From: Curvularia clavata
Lineage: Eukaryota
Direction of reading: 5' to 3'
Assembly (NCBI GenBank): GCA_023920165.1
Contig: CP089274.1
Span: forward strand, 5,518,001 to 5,582,000
Length of the DNA: 64,000 nt
This document shows, piece after piece, positions 1-12,770 of the stretch; position 1 is the stretch's first letter, and every line of letters begins with the position of its first letter. The notes beneath the pieces are model-generated. The model did not search any database. It had not been told where the DNA came from and saw nothing but the letters and a program-made list of their open reading frames with translations. Position numbers and translations under genes: made by a program.

Positions 1-3000
1 CGGCGAAAACTTTCCCAGGCCCATGTTGTAAAACGTCATGACACGGAATTTTCGGTAATAACAAATGCAAGGTCTTCTCGATTAGTCGACAATACAGACC
101 CGCTCGTCGTTCGCATATCATGAACGGTGCGCTTACTTACACGTGCTGTTGTACATGGTCTCCTGATACATCCGTTTCTGCTACAGGTCCGGCAAAGCCC
201 TGCGCATTGGAACAGTCTGTGAGTCGTCCGAAGTCAGCTCCACTGGTTCCTGAGTCAGAAAATAAATATTCCTTCATTTCCATACATCCTTCTCCTCATG
301 GCTCTAGCCGCCAAACTTGCTTCATGGATCCGCATATATTTATTCGTGACGCGCACATATATTAGCATCTTTACGACGACTCTTAGAAGGCATCCCGCGC
401 CGCCACTCTTTTCCGGATGCCTCGTGGGGGGCGACGGCCCGGCGATGCTGCATATGGTATATTGAGCGCTTTTTGCCTTGTGCATACGCGCCCGGCGATG
501 CTTGCATGGAATGAATGTAGTTGAATGCAACATAGCTTCTATCTGCGGAACAAGAAGCCGTAAGTATGATACAACTAGGTATAATGCCCTTGCTAGTAGA
601 GTACGCAGCAACCACGATCCCTCTTCACTCCCGCCCATTTAGAATCGGAGGGTGTGCTAACAAGTAGATCAGATCGTGGTGGGTGAGCGGCAGAGTCGAT
701 GATTCGAGCATTGCGGTTCGTATCTGTACGCCACAATTACGATTTGAATGATTAGACTGCTAGCATGATAGTACCAGCGACACAACTTTCACATGCACAT
801 CTTTTGACCGTCGCAAACTAGACTCAAATCCAAGTTTGAATTGTACAAGCAGAACACCCATCGGTCAAACTGCTGCCGTTGTCATCATCCTCATCTCGTT
901 AGCTTGGATGCCGGATTCTCCCAACAGCAGCATACTACTCTTCCCCATCCGGCATCACCATGTATCTTCTCGTTCACATGACTCTGCGTGTTCAGTCTCT
1001 ACAACTATCATCCTCGTATTCAATCTAGTAAAAATAGGCGCGTGTATGCTCAAAAAAAGAATATGCAAAGCATTTGTCATTCTTCAGCCACTGAGGCCAG
1101 CCACTTCCCACGATATTGCTCACACGGGAAGGGTGTTTTAAACTTTCGCGCTATGTTGCGCACCAACGTACAAAATATACCAGCCCATCCCAGGAACCAC
1201 CCGCCCATTGCTTCCCACTCGCCTTCACGACGGGCAGCAGAGAGATCTGATCAACCTCAGAGCCTGGATAATCGCAGTATGGTTACGGGGCTTGCCGCAC
1301 TTTTTATTTGCATCTTCTTCGTCATTCCGATCTCAATGCTTGTCAAGGCTTTTAGACCAAACACCCGTCTCTGTGCACTTGCCGTGTGGGCACGTCTCCA
1401 CGGCTGCACCCGAGCGCCGCAAAGCTGAACACCTGGATCTTCCCTCTTTTTCCGTCTTTCTATCTCTTCATCATTACGACCCTCTTTTTCTTAGACAATA
1501 AATGCGGGGTGAAGAGACGAACGCGAAATACCCGTCGCTACACACTCGTCATAGTGAAACTCTATCGAGCCCCTTTCATTTCTGTCTTTCCCATCCCCAC
1601 AAGATCCGCTGATTAGCGCTTCTCCCAGTGATAAGGAACGTTTGTGGTTTCGTTTGTCCCACACCCACATCTAACCCACACATGTACCTTTTCTTTTTGA
1701 TCCAAACCAAAGAAAAGCCAAAGTGGACGCGCAAACTGACTGAATTGGTTACTTGCGTCGCCTTTGCTTTTTCGTCATCTCTCTTGTCCCTTTCGCTTCT
1801 CCAAGCGAGGTCAAACAAGGTTTACATGCTAGGTAAGAATCGACAGGTTCGATGTCCCGAGCCGCGCACGCATACACAGATACGCAGATTGCCCGATCAC
1901 CAAACTTTCGCACAGCAACTCTGCCGAAGCCCGCACAAAGCCCAGACCCAGTTCGAAGTCGTCTGTAGAGCGAGTGGGGGAAAATTTCCCCCAATCTCCC
2001 CATGGCACAACTTCGGATGATGTGCGCACTTTTTTATCCACTCGTCCAAAAGCGGTTCGCAGCAGGATCATTCATACACACACAACAGGGCTCGGTCCGT
2101 TGCCGGGCTGATCATGATCCGGGATATTTTATTTGCTTCCTACCTTCTTTTGTGTGGACGCGCATACAACATAGTGCCCTAATAGCCGCTCGGAATTCAC
2201 AGCCTTGCTATATGTACGGAACTATAGAACGGGCAATACTACTAAGTGAAAAAAATTATTATCGAAACAAGAAACTGTAATCAGAAAAGGGCATTCCTTG
2301 CCGTGCTTACTTTGCGCCCCCTCTCACTCATACACGTCAACTCCACTTTCTCTGGAATGATGACGATAATTTTGGTGTTTTCCTTCCCGCACATCGGCTA
2401 CAGGTAAGCGCGCTTTCAAGTCATCGAGGGTGGAAAAGAGTTGCGCACCAGCGGGGTCTAGGTGCCGTTTTGCTGAACTTTGTCGGTGTCTCCGGTCTGT
2501 GGGCAGCTGGAGACTGCAGCGCCCTTGGTTCAGCTGTCGAGTCGTGGGCTGAACGCCCTACGCTTCGGCTGTGAGCTGTAGCTTGGTTGCCCTTACATGG
2601 AGAAAATGTGGTTCGGGGCGCCCCTTCAAAGTGGGGCTGCAGGTCCCTCAGCCGACTGTGGCGGACGCTATGTACGCCTCGTCTTTCGCGTGCGTAGCGG
2701 AGAGCCAGACACACAAACAACATGTGCTGCTAGACCTCTTGGTCTGCAGCTGTGGCTGCTATCCGTCGCGTTAGCAAGTGTAGGCTTGGGCGTTGGTTGA
2801 CATTCAACGTCCACTGGGAAGATGCATGACAGGCGTGACGGTGGTTTCACTTTGTTCTTTGGTACGGTACCAGCTTAGCTTCTACCAAAGTAAGGGACTA
2901 CATTCTACAAGTAGATGATGACATGGCAAGGTGAAGTAGGTCTAGTATGTTACTAGAGAAAAAAAAAACAATGTTGGCCATTGAACACCAGATCCTTCTT

Positions 3001-3102
3001 TCTTTGGTGTATAGTACAAGGCAGGTAATCCGAACTACATCTCCTTTGTTACTCAGGAAACTGATTGATTTTACACAAAATGTCGCGGTTTTTTCCATGT
3101 GC

Positions 3103-6100
3103 TTAGACTAGACTCAGCTTCACCTTCCTCTTGCCAGTGCTTTCTTCAAGCTCATCTGTGATCCTGACAGTGACCTTCTCGAACAACTCAACACTTCGCT
3201 TGATGTCACCCTTGATGTTGAGTACATAGTTCTCAGCATCAAAGTCAGCCTCCGGTTCGGGAGTTGCAAGATCCCTCAAGCGAATCAGGCTCTCAATACC
3301 AAAGCGTGGTACAAATACCACAAAGCCGTTGGAGAAGATCTTCATAATGAAGCCCTCTTCGTTGATATCCTTGCCCTTGAGCGCTTGGCCGACGTAGTAC
3401 TCAATCGAAGCTCGGCCAGCCATTTGAGCGTTGCGATGGCGGACGTTGATGTTTTTGCACACGGCTTCAAGTTTGGCTTTTGATTGCAGACTAGCATCCA
3501 GTTGCTCGTATTCAATTGCAGCGGCAAGCTGACGATGCGCTTCAAGATCAGCGTAGCGACGGATGGGGGATGTAAAGTGCGTGTAGATCTCGCTGGCTAG
3601 GCCGTAATGCCTGAATTCCGGATATGCTTGTGTTCCTGCGCAAAAGTATTCTGCGGACATCATGCAGCGTGTAGCCATGATCCTGACCAGGGTGTTGAAG
3701 AAAGGATTGTTAGGGTCGACACATTTGTCGAGCGAGTCAGCCAGAGCCTTGGAACTGTCCGTCTTGATCTCCATTCCCTTCTTCACCCTCAGTTGATTGT
3801 CAAGCTCTTCAAAGTTTGTCTTGGGCGGGGCCGCGTGACGACGCAACAAAGCGGTTTGTGGGAAGGCTTCGTAGTTCTTCGCAGCCACACTGGTGTTGGC
3901 GAGCAACATGAATTCCTCTACGAGCGAGTTGGTGTCAAGATGTTTCTTGGTCTGCACATCTGCTGGATCTGAAGTCTCTGATTCTGTTCGGACCTTGACC
4001 TCTGGCGAAGAGAGGTTGAGTGCTCCTGCATCCATTCGCTTTTGCTTTAGCTTCTTAGAGAGCATGAGCAGTGTTCGCATGCCTGTTGTTAGATCATCAG
4101 TCTGTGACTGATCGTCTATCCGGATCTGAGCTTGTTCGTAGCTGAAAGCCTCTCTTGAGCGAATGACAGACTTTGTGAAATGAGAAGAAATGATATCAGC
4201 GTTCTCATTCATTTCCCAAATTACAGAGAAGGCATAACGCTCAACGTATGGCTTCAAAGAACACAGATCTGTTCCAAGAAGCATCGGAAGCATGTCTATG
4301 CGCTTGTCGACCAGATATACAGTCGTTCCACGCTGACTAGCTTCCTTGTCCATTGCATTGTTCGGCTTGACAAAATGTGATACATCCGCGATATGAACGC
4401 CGACCTGGTAGTTCCCGTTTGGCAGTTTGTGGGCGTGGAGAGCATCGTCAATATCAACACAACCGACGGGATCAATAGAACAGACCAAAAGATCACGGAG
4501 ATCCTTGCGTCCTCTCCAACCCGGATCGTCCATATTAGCGGGTACCTTCCAGTCATGGCCTTCGGCGGGCAGACAGTCCAGAACCGTCTTAGGGAAAGGC
4601 TTGTATTGCACGTCCCACTCCAGTAGCAAAGCTTCAGTTTCAGCGCCCTTGGATTCGAGCTCGCCAAGTGATCGAACAAAGTGACCAACTGGGTACCGCG
4701 AATCGCTCTCCCAAGAATCGATGGTTGCCAGTACGCGCTGTCCGAGAAGCTCGCCAGCCTGTCGTGTTCGTATGCGGATCTTGGGTATGCGTTTGTCCAT
4801 CGGAACAAGGAAGACCGTTTGTTGCAGTCTGCTCGATTTCGACGAGGAGCGAACCGAGTCGCGATCAATGTGGCCCACATATTGTCGCCAGTTGCGTTTG
4901 ATGATACCCACAACTCGCGCAGTCGGCTGCGGTCGTCCTTCTGTCGTTTGACCGTGAACCCGCTTTACTTCTTCTTGCAATGCTCGCCGTTCCCTCTCAG
5001 TGATGACGTTCTCGCCTTCTTCTGCTTCAGCGTTGTCATTCTTGTTCACCGTCTCTTCTTCAATAATTTTTGTAGAAGGCGCTTTCCACTGATCTTGAGG
5101 CAACACTTCTACTACCACAACGTCGCCAGAAACTGCTCGATTACTGTTCTCACGTCCTAGGATGAGAAGTGATTTGTCGAAAGCGGGAACGTGTACAGAG
5201 CCTTCAAGGTAGTTGTATGGGGAAACGTTGAAGATGCCCTGATGTAAGGTGCCAGCTTTTACACCAGTCATCATTTTTGAAACCGTGTAGTGTTCGGGGT
5301 AAAAGACTTCTGCCTTTTTTGATCTGACTTCGCGCTGTTCCTGTGCAGCACTAATCATGTCCAGAAGTTCGTCAGAGTTCTCCAAACCGGAAACAAAGTC
5401 AGATACTAAATAAAAAGGTCAGTGCTATTCCACCATGGTTGCGACTACGACTCACGTGTCATGCCAGGGACATTCTCATTCTTGGCTTTGCGCAGATTGT
5501 CTCTATCGTCTGTAATCATGACGACAGTAGGAATGCGAGTCTGCGTCTTGCTTCTTTTTTTGACAGCGTCGGTGATGTGTTCGTTGTACCATTTTACGGC
5601 TCTGCGCACAGCACGGTCATTGCGGTCATTGATTGTCTCTCCAGCCTCTCGGGCTGTATATGTCTCTTGCCTGAACTCGTTGAAGAAGACATAGAAACGC
5701 TTTCCCTCGTTCTTGGTCAAAGAGATCAAGCGGTGATACAGTGGCAGTGAGCGGTTCTTAACCTCTTCAAGCACAGTCTGTAAAACGATCACATCATGGA
5801 AACCGGTTTCAACTTCAAACAGATCCATTCCAGTGAGAAAAGCATTCGTATCCGGAACAAGGTATTGGCCATTAGGAAAATGCTTTGATCCTGCAGGTGT
5901 ATCGGACAGCACAAAAGGTGATACTGAAAACGGTTAGCCTTGGAATGCACGTGAGTAGCTGTGGACGGCAAACCTTTCTTCGAGTAATCGGTGGGCGCAA
6001 TCTCCAGACATGGTCTGCATAGGTTCGACGAGCAAGGGATATCCTGCCGTAGATAGAGCTCTCTCACGATTTTCTGAACTTTGCCGCTTTTGGTTGATCG

Positions 6101-6175
6101 CACATAGACTTTGCTGGAAAGATTCGCCTCGCCGCGCTCTGCAGCGGTCGACCGCTTGAGACTAAAGTACTCCAT
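3103..6175 (-). CDS. DIS3: Exosome complex exonuclease Dis3/Rrp44 (PIN + cold-shock + RNB + S1)
   Basis: Exons 6175-5974, 5923-5456, 5405-3103 with GT..AG introns 5973-5924 and 5455-5406 restore one frame. Motifs: VRELYLRQDIPC, PIN 'VPDTNAF', RNB 'SIDPVGCVDIDDALH' and 'HFTSPIRRYAD'. Confidence 0.97.
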
Positions 6176-6410
6176 GGCTATGCGACCGCGGGCGCGTGGA
6201 TGTACTGGGCAGGTTGTGAGGACGTTGTGGGTGTGGTTGTGGTTGTACCGTAGTCCGCGAAAGATTGATGCCAAGACTCGCAAAGGTGGGCCATGCTCAA
6301 GCTAGCTAGCTCCACGCCAGATGACGGAGCTTGGTGGGCCCTCGTAGCAACAGCTCCCCAACTTCAGAGCTCCAGCACCGCCCAACCGCCGCTCCATCAG
6401 GACGCTCACC

Positions 6411-7970
6411 ATGTCTTCGCTGGACCCGCCCACGTACCTCACCTCGATCCAGAATAATATCCGTGCCCGCCCCATATCCTGGGAGGGCGCCGTGCGGGCA
6501 AAGACCATCACAGATGCCGACCTCAAGAAGATCAAGTCCATCGACAAAGTCCGCAAGGAGCAGCGCAAACAGACCATCGAGGCCGACATCCCGGGCTTCG
6601 TCGCCTTGCTAGCAGGTGGAAATGGATCGCAGAGTATCTTCGAGGCGGCCGCGAAGCGTCAAGATATCATTCACTACATGCTGGTCCTACTAGGTGACAT
6701 GATTGACGGTAGGAATGCTATCATTCCACTGCATGCAACGTGAAGCTCATGGCGACAGATATCCCCGCACTCACATCAGCCCTGGTTCAGCACCCGACGC
6801 CCTACAAGCCATTCCTACCGCTGCTTAAAGCTTCCTCCAATAACGAAGACCCTGTGCCACTGCTCACATCCTCGGTGTTATCTGGTCTTTTGTCGCATGC
6901 TGTCACCCAGACATCCAAGAGCAACCCCCAGCTCGATGAAGCACTGGCCCAGCTCTTCACATACCTCTCTACACTGGCAAAAGCTTCGGATGCCGGCCTG
7001 CAGGACATTGCTGTGCGCGAATACTCCGCTGTGTTGCGTAGCAAGCGTTCAAGGCACATTTTCTGGGAGCACAGGAAAGAGACACTGAATCCTCTCTTTG
7101 ACATCCTGCGAGCTGCGGCTGGATCTGCCAAGGACACTGATTCGACCCTCTACAGCGGTAATGCCAGCGTTCGCAGTACAGCAGATGGTGGTATCTCAGG
7201 TGGTGTTGGACTTCAGCTGCTCTACCATGTACTCCTTGTAATCTGGCAACTCAGCTTTGAGGGCGAGCTTGTTGGAGACGGTCTTCAAGAGTACGTAATA
7301 GTCCTAACCAATCTCTACATTGGCTGACAGTCGCAGTGAGCATGACATTGTCATCCTTTATACACAGCTCCTAAAGGTCTCGCCCAAGGAGAAAACTACG
7401 CGCCTGCTCCTCTCCACGCTTCTGAATCTTTTGACCACAAACCGCCAGACTTTGCTTCCTACCGCAGTCCTTGCCCGCTTGCCTTCTCTCCTTACAAGCT
7501 TGAAGTCGCGTCATCTGACTGATGAAGATGCGCTTGAGGACCTACAGTCGCTAAACGAGCTGCTCGATGAGTACACCAAGACGCAAACTACCTTTGATGA
7601 ATACTCAGCCGAGCTCCACTCCGGTCACCTTCGCTGGTCTCCACCCCACCGTAACCCCACTTTTTGGCGGGACAACGCACGCCGCATCTTGGAAGAGAAC
7701 AAGGGCGAGTTACCAAAGAAGCTTGCCGAGATCCTGTCAAAGAACTGGGAGAATGACAAGCAGGTTTTGGCAATTGGATGCAACGATGTTGCTTGCTTAG
7801 TAAAAGAGGTGCCGGAAAAGAGACAACAGCTTGAGAAGTTGGGATTGAAGAGCAGAGTTATGGAGTTGATGCAAGAGGCAGATGAAAGCGTACGGTGGGA
7901 GAGCTTGAGGGCTGTTGGAGAATGGCTCCGCTACAGCTTTGAGTCCAAGACGGAGTTGCCAGTCAGGTAA
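6411..7970 (+). CDS. VMA13: V-type ATPase subunit H
   Basis: Exons 6411-6708, 6759-7290, 7337-7970 (introns 6709-6758, 7291-7336). Motifs: 'QNNIRARPISWEGAVRAK', 'QLLYHVLLVIWQLSFE', 'LRWSPPHRNPTFWRDNA'. Confidence 0.96.
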
Positions 7971-9020
7971 CATGTTTAAATGGTAGTGTTTCGTGGGCAG
8001 TAAGAGACGTGGGCAAGTGCTTCCCTTGAGCATCTTCAGCGGTTAGACGGTGTATATGAGAGTGCTCTGGCTAGCAGATGCTTACGCATTGCACGTTGAT
8101 GTGTCTTATTTCGTACAGTTACAGTGCAGTATACCAGTACCCAGCATGTCTCATCAACGCCCCTCTGGCCCTGTAGCCTCTATCCCTCTTTTAGCACATG
8201 GTGACTGTATTCATGCCACAAGACCTTGATGTAAGTAAACTAGCAATTGTTTTCCTTACTGCCATAGATATGGCAATGATCGCTCGCAAATGGCCATTTG
8301 GATCAACGTAGGTCACTGCGTGACAAGACACCACAGACACTCGCCAACATAGTAAACTCTACAACAGGCCATAAGAGAAGAAACTCTGCGAATAGCGGCT
8401 TTAGGCTATATAGTCTATTATCCCCCGTTGGCGTTGAAAAATAGGTTCTACTCACCGTGTAATACAACAATCTAGTATGAGCGCCATGCAACTGCCTTGC
8501 TTTGGCCGGCAGTAAGTGCGTCAGAAGCCTACGCATCTTGTTGGAAGTTTGTCAGCTTGCATCTGGCTATATCTTCACTCTATCTTGAGCACCATAGCTA
8601 CTAAGCTATGGGAGTCGGCCCTTCTCACTAGCTTTATGGCTGTCTTATACGAACAGGTTCGGCAAAGCGGACTTTACGTCGAAATTGGTCCGTCTGGGGA
8701 TAGTAATGGCACCTGCACTGGCGGTGGTCAGCTTATTTTGTCCGGATGTGGTACGAGTATGGGATACAATAGGGTACTGATGACTGCGAGTGGGGACGTC
8801 TAGATGCTGCGGAAGTTATGTATAAGGTATTGCCCTCACGACCTATCTCCACCCAGCACAAGTGACAATAGTAACCTCAAAACGCAATATTCTTAGGTGC
8901 ATTGAATCATTTCCTTTTCCTAGTTCAGTGCCCATTATCGGCTTCCTATATCGACCTACACCACCTCCATTCTCTCTTCTCAACTTAATATTATTATCCG
9001 AATACTTTCTAGCGTTCATT

Positions 9021-9821
9021 ATGGCTCATCCAAACCACCTCCAGGACGCGCACGTCCTCGTCTTCGGCGGCACATCCGGCATCGGCTACGCCATTGCCAA
9101 CATGGCCCTCTACAACGGCGCCCACGTCACAATCAGCGGCTCCAACACGTCTAAGCTCGAGGCCAGCCTCGTCTCACTGCGCTCTAACTACCCTTCCCTC
9201 TCCCAAACCAAGCTCGACGGCTTCGCATGCGACCTGTCCGACACGCCCAATCTCGAGGCCAATCTGCGCGAAGTGTTTGAAAAGGCAACGCAAGGAGGGC
9301 AGAGAAAAGTAGACCACATCACCATCACAGCAGGCGGGGCACCCAGCCTGGTTCAACTCGCAGACGTGGAAATCGACCACAACATAAAGCCAATTAACAT
9401 GCGCCTCCTCAGCTGCATTTTGATCTCTAAGCTGCTCGCTAGCAATCCCGGACACTACATGCCAATCTCTTCCCACAGCAGCTTCACACTCACATCCGGC
9501 AGCAACACGTCCAAGCCGCGACCTGGATGGTCCCTTGAGGCAACCTGGGGCGCTGCGATGGAAGGGCTGACGCGCGGGCTGGCTGTTGATTTGAAGCCGA
9601 TTCGAGTGAATTGCGTGAGTATGTATGCAGTTGACACGCCGCTTCTTCAGGCGGTGAAGGAGCATGGCGGTGAGGGTGTGATTAGGGAGTTGGTGGATCA
9701 GACGTTGGTGGGGGAGCTTGCGAGGCCGGAGAGTACGGCTGAGGCGTATGGGTGGTGCATGAGGGATAGGTATGTGACGGGGGTGGTGGTAAGCACTGAT
9801 GGGGGGAGAATGTTGTGCTGA
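9021..9821 (+). CDS. Short-chain dehydrogenase/reductase (atypical fungal subfamily)
   Basis: Intronless ORF from ATG 9021. Rossmann motif 'VLVFGGTSGIGYAIA', plus 'LAVDLKPIRVNCVS' and C-terminal 'YVTGVVVSTDGG'. Confidence 0.9.
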   Translation: MAHPNHLQDAHVLVFGGTSGIGYAIANMALYNGAHVTISGSNTSKLEASLVSLRSNYPSLSQTKLDGFACDLSDTPNLEANLREVFEKATQGGQRKVDHITITAGGAPSLVQLADVEIDHNIKPINMRLLSCILISKLLASNPGHYMPISSHSSFTLTSGSNTSKPRPGWSLEATWGAAMEGLTRGLAVDLKPIRVNCVSMYAVDTPLLQAVKEHGGEGVIRELVDQTLVGELARPESTAEAYGWCMRDRYVTGVVVSTDGGRMLC

Positions 9822-9869
9822 TTGAGTTGAACGAGGCGTAGGTTAGAGGTCGTTTTAGGAGCATTGATG

Positions 9870-10520
9870 GTCTGAATTTTATAGGAATAGATCTAGTGTC
9901 GACTTGACTCTTTGCACTTTGTGCTTATTGTTTCTGATAACAAGGACGTACCTATTCGCTTCTTATACTTGTCTTTTTGCAAGTTCCTCATCAACTCTTA
10001 AAAATAAAATAGAAATGAGTCTATTGTAGATAGATAAGAAAAAAAATACACTATAAGCTTTTATTGAGGTGTAGCGCTCTTTGCCAAAATACATGGAGCT
10101 AGTTAATTAGGCTCTAGAAGATCAAAAGGCAAGATAGATAAATTTGTAGTTACTGATACTCTGCTCTCTAGTCTATAATATATATATCGTTGCTAGAGTA
10201 ACTAGTTATCTTCAGTAAAATAGACCAAGTACTATAGATGGAGACGCGACGTATTTCTATGCACAAAAGTACTTCTTAGTGGCTAAAGACTATAAGCTTG
10301 GTAAGGAAATTAGATTATTAAAAGTAGAATCTTAAATGGAATTAATATAAGGCTTCTAATGTTAAGACTCTTGAGGGTAGTTTTTGCGGATGAAGTACTA
10401 GGGCGATATAAACAGCGTCTCTGCAAGCAACTATCGTATTATAGCTATACTTATAACTTAAATTGAATAAACTAGGTTATAAGGGCTTGATGTCTATTAC
10501 TACATACTAAGTGAATGTTG
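9870..10520. repeat. AT-rich, TpA-rich block consistent with a RIP-degenerated repeat or gene relic
   Basis: Visibly AT-rich against GC-balanced neighbours, with abundant TA/TAG/TAA and no ORF of 60 aa or more in the ORF track. RIP indices were not computed. Confidence 0.55.
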
Positions 10521-11459
10521 CGATCGTGTACGATTAAAGAGTATCTTGATTGGCAAGGGGGGTAATCGTGTACGATGGATGGCTCGCTTCGCAATGGGTT
10601 ACTACACTTCTCCTGGTCGCAATACATCCTAATTTTCATTGCAGGTGTTGCTCCAAGGTCCTAACAAAGTTTTTTTTTCGCTATGAGTGAGAAGACCTTG
10701 TAACTGATATCGGTTTCCATCTTCAGAAAATGCGTGGAGATCAAAGATAGACCGGGGATTTCTCAGTCGCCTAAATGCAACACAGTTTTTGTTTTACTGA
10801 GAATGACATTGTAAGTAAGATGCTTTCTTGGTACTGTGCATGATTTCGGGTATCACTTGTGCTCTCTTTTGTGTTGAGTTTCTGAAGTGACTGATTGGTA
10901 TGTTCAATTCTGCTATGTGGACACATGCAACTGAATGTGGGCTTATTAGGACTGGGTCACGCTCAATGGAATTATGATCAGTGAACATATGCGAGGGGTT
11001 TGGTATAGGCGTGGGTATCTGGGCGAGTTGCGTGCGGTGTTTACTACATGGAGTGGTGAGAGTATTACCACCGCTATGTCTGTCAGCCCCATATGAGCCA
11101 TTCCTCTCATCCATATGCCATTATTATCACTTTTTTGTAACCTGGTGTATATACAATGTAATATTGGAGATATACCGCCAACCAGTCCTCCCTCCTCAGC
11201 GGTCGCAACGACGACAATACTGGGTGCCGAAACACCGAACACGAGTTAAAAAGCCGCAATTACATTCATATTGCGGACAGGATGATAGGAAATGCTCTTA
11301 TAACGCAGTATTTTCGTCGTCAATAATGGATTAAAAAGCTAGGAGGGCTTCTGTTGGAGCAATAAACGCTGAAGAGGCTGGATTGGTTGATTTTCTTGGC
11401 CTTTTTTTGGCGATGGAGGAGAAGTACAGGGAAGGGTGAGTGCGATGTCCTGTAAACAT

Positions 11460-12770
11460 TTCTACTGTTTGACCCACATACCGTTACGGCCAAAAATATG
11501 AGTACAAACTTGACTCTCTAATACTCCTACTTTTTCTAACACCTCGCGAGTAACGACAGAAGCCCCTCTAGCGTCCATGTCATCTAATAAAAGATGGCGC
11601 CACATTTTTCCAAACACATTCGCATGAGAGGACGCTGCCGCAGCCAAAACCTAGTCATCTAAATTTTGGGCGGTACTTGCATCTCTCCTACTTCCCTACA
11701 TACTAGTAAGCCACATCGGTGTAAATTTTCTTTTAGTTCCATGGGTAGTCACATGCACAGCGCATTTTCTCCACTGAGAAGCTACCCCACTTCTCTCCCA
11801 GATACTTCCAGAGAGCAGGAAACAAAGTAAGGGACTGGGCTTGTTTCAGTTGTTTTGATACTCGGCTAGCCATGTGGCCCTATAGCCTGTCCCACGAAGG
11901 CGGAGTTCGGCATAGCGTTGCAATATTTGTTTGTTGCCGCGAAAAGAACAACTTTGCATGCGGCATTCGGGGTCTTTTGCTTCTGCCGTGGAGATCACGT
12001 TCACGGATGATCTGGAGATCGGTATCTCCACATTCGGTTGCTCCCGGTTCTATACTCATATCCAGGTACCCGTGTTGGTTGCTGAGGCGCTCCCCAGGTT
12101 ATGGATCAGCGTCATGTTGCATCGACGAAGCGGTATAGGGCTGTTTCATGTTCAGCTAGGTTTTTGAAGTGGTGATTCGCCAATGGCTTGGAGAAAGCAA
12201 TACCAAGGTGCAGTAGCCTCGATACTCGACTTCACCGGTCGTGCCGGGCGCCGAGTGCCGTGGTAATTTGTGATAATCCTCTGTGTTAGGCCCAATCCTT
12301 CGTTGGGTACTTAACTTGTTAAGCTAACGAGCTTAGTTTTGCAGTATGCGTTACGTGTCATCATTTCTCATGTTCTCCGGTTCAGCTTGCTGCAACTATC
12401 CATATAGGTCTGCAGTCATCGTCATCTTTGCATGTATGCAAGGTACCGGATAGATCCAGAGCCCTGGTTCAATGTTGCGATCGTTTCATGTGCTGCAAAC
12501 GACCGCTTGGTACGAACCATGGACTTGGCAAACGTCATGTTTCTTTTTCAGAATCTTAATTTCCCAATTGCAGAGATCGAGATCTCTCCTCGAGTTCCAC
12601 AACTCGTCTGTATCGTGAATACCACATTTGTGCTTTTGCAATGATCGTCAACTGGTCTAAGTTGAAATAGGAGACTTTTACGGCAGTGGCTGAGGTGTGT
12701 GCTTAGGGTGGTCAAAGCAGACTTGTGGCGGACGCCATGCCGCAGTCAAGGAGAGTTTTTGAAGGAGGTT
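11460..12770 (-). pseudogene. Possible heavily degraded Ser/Thr protein kinase relic
   Basis: Broken minus-strand translation gives 'EIKILKKKHDVCQVHGSY' (~12563) and 'GLWIYPV' (~12460), resembling kinase subdomains III-V. 'RHLLLDDMDAR...IFG' (~11600) resembles subdomain XI. Multiple stops and frameshifts; no HRD or DFG motif recognisable. Confidence 0.3.

Noticed and set aside
2357..2476. ATGATGA...CTGA pair suggesting a box C/D snoRNA
   Set aside because: No terminal stem or rRNA-complementary guide recognisable by eye; it needs snoscan or Rfam support.
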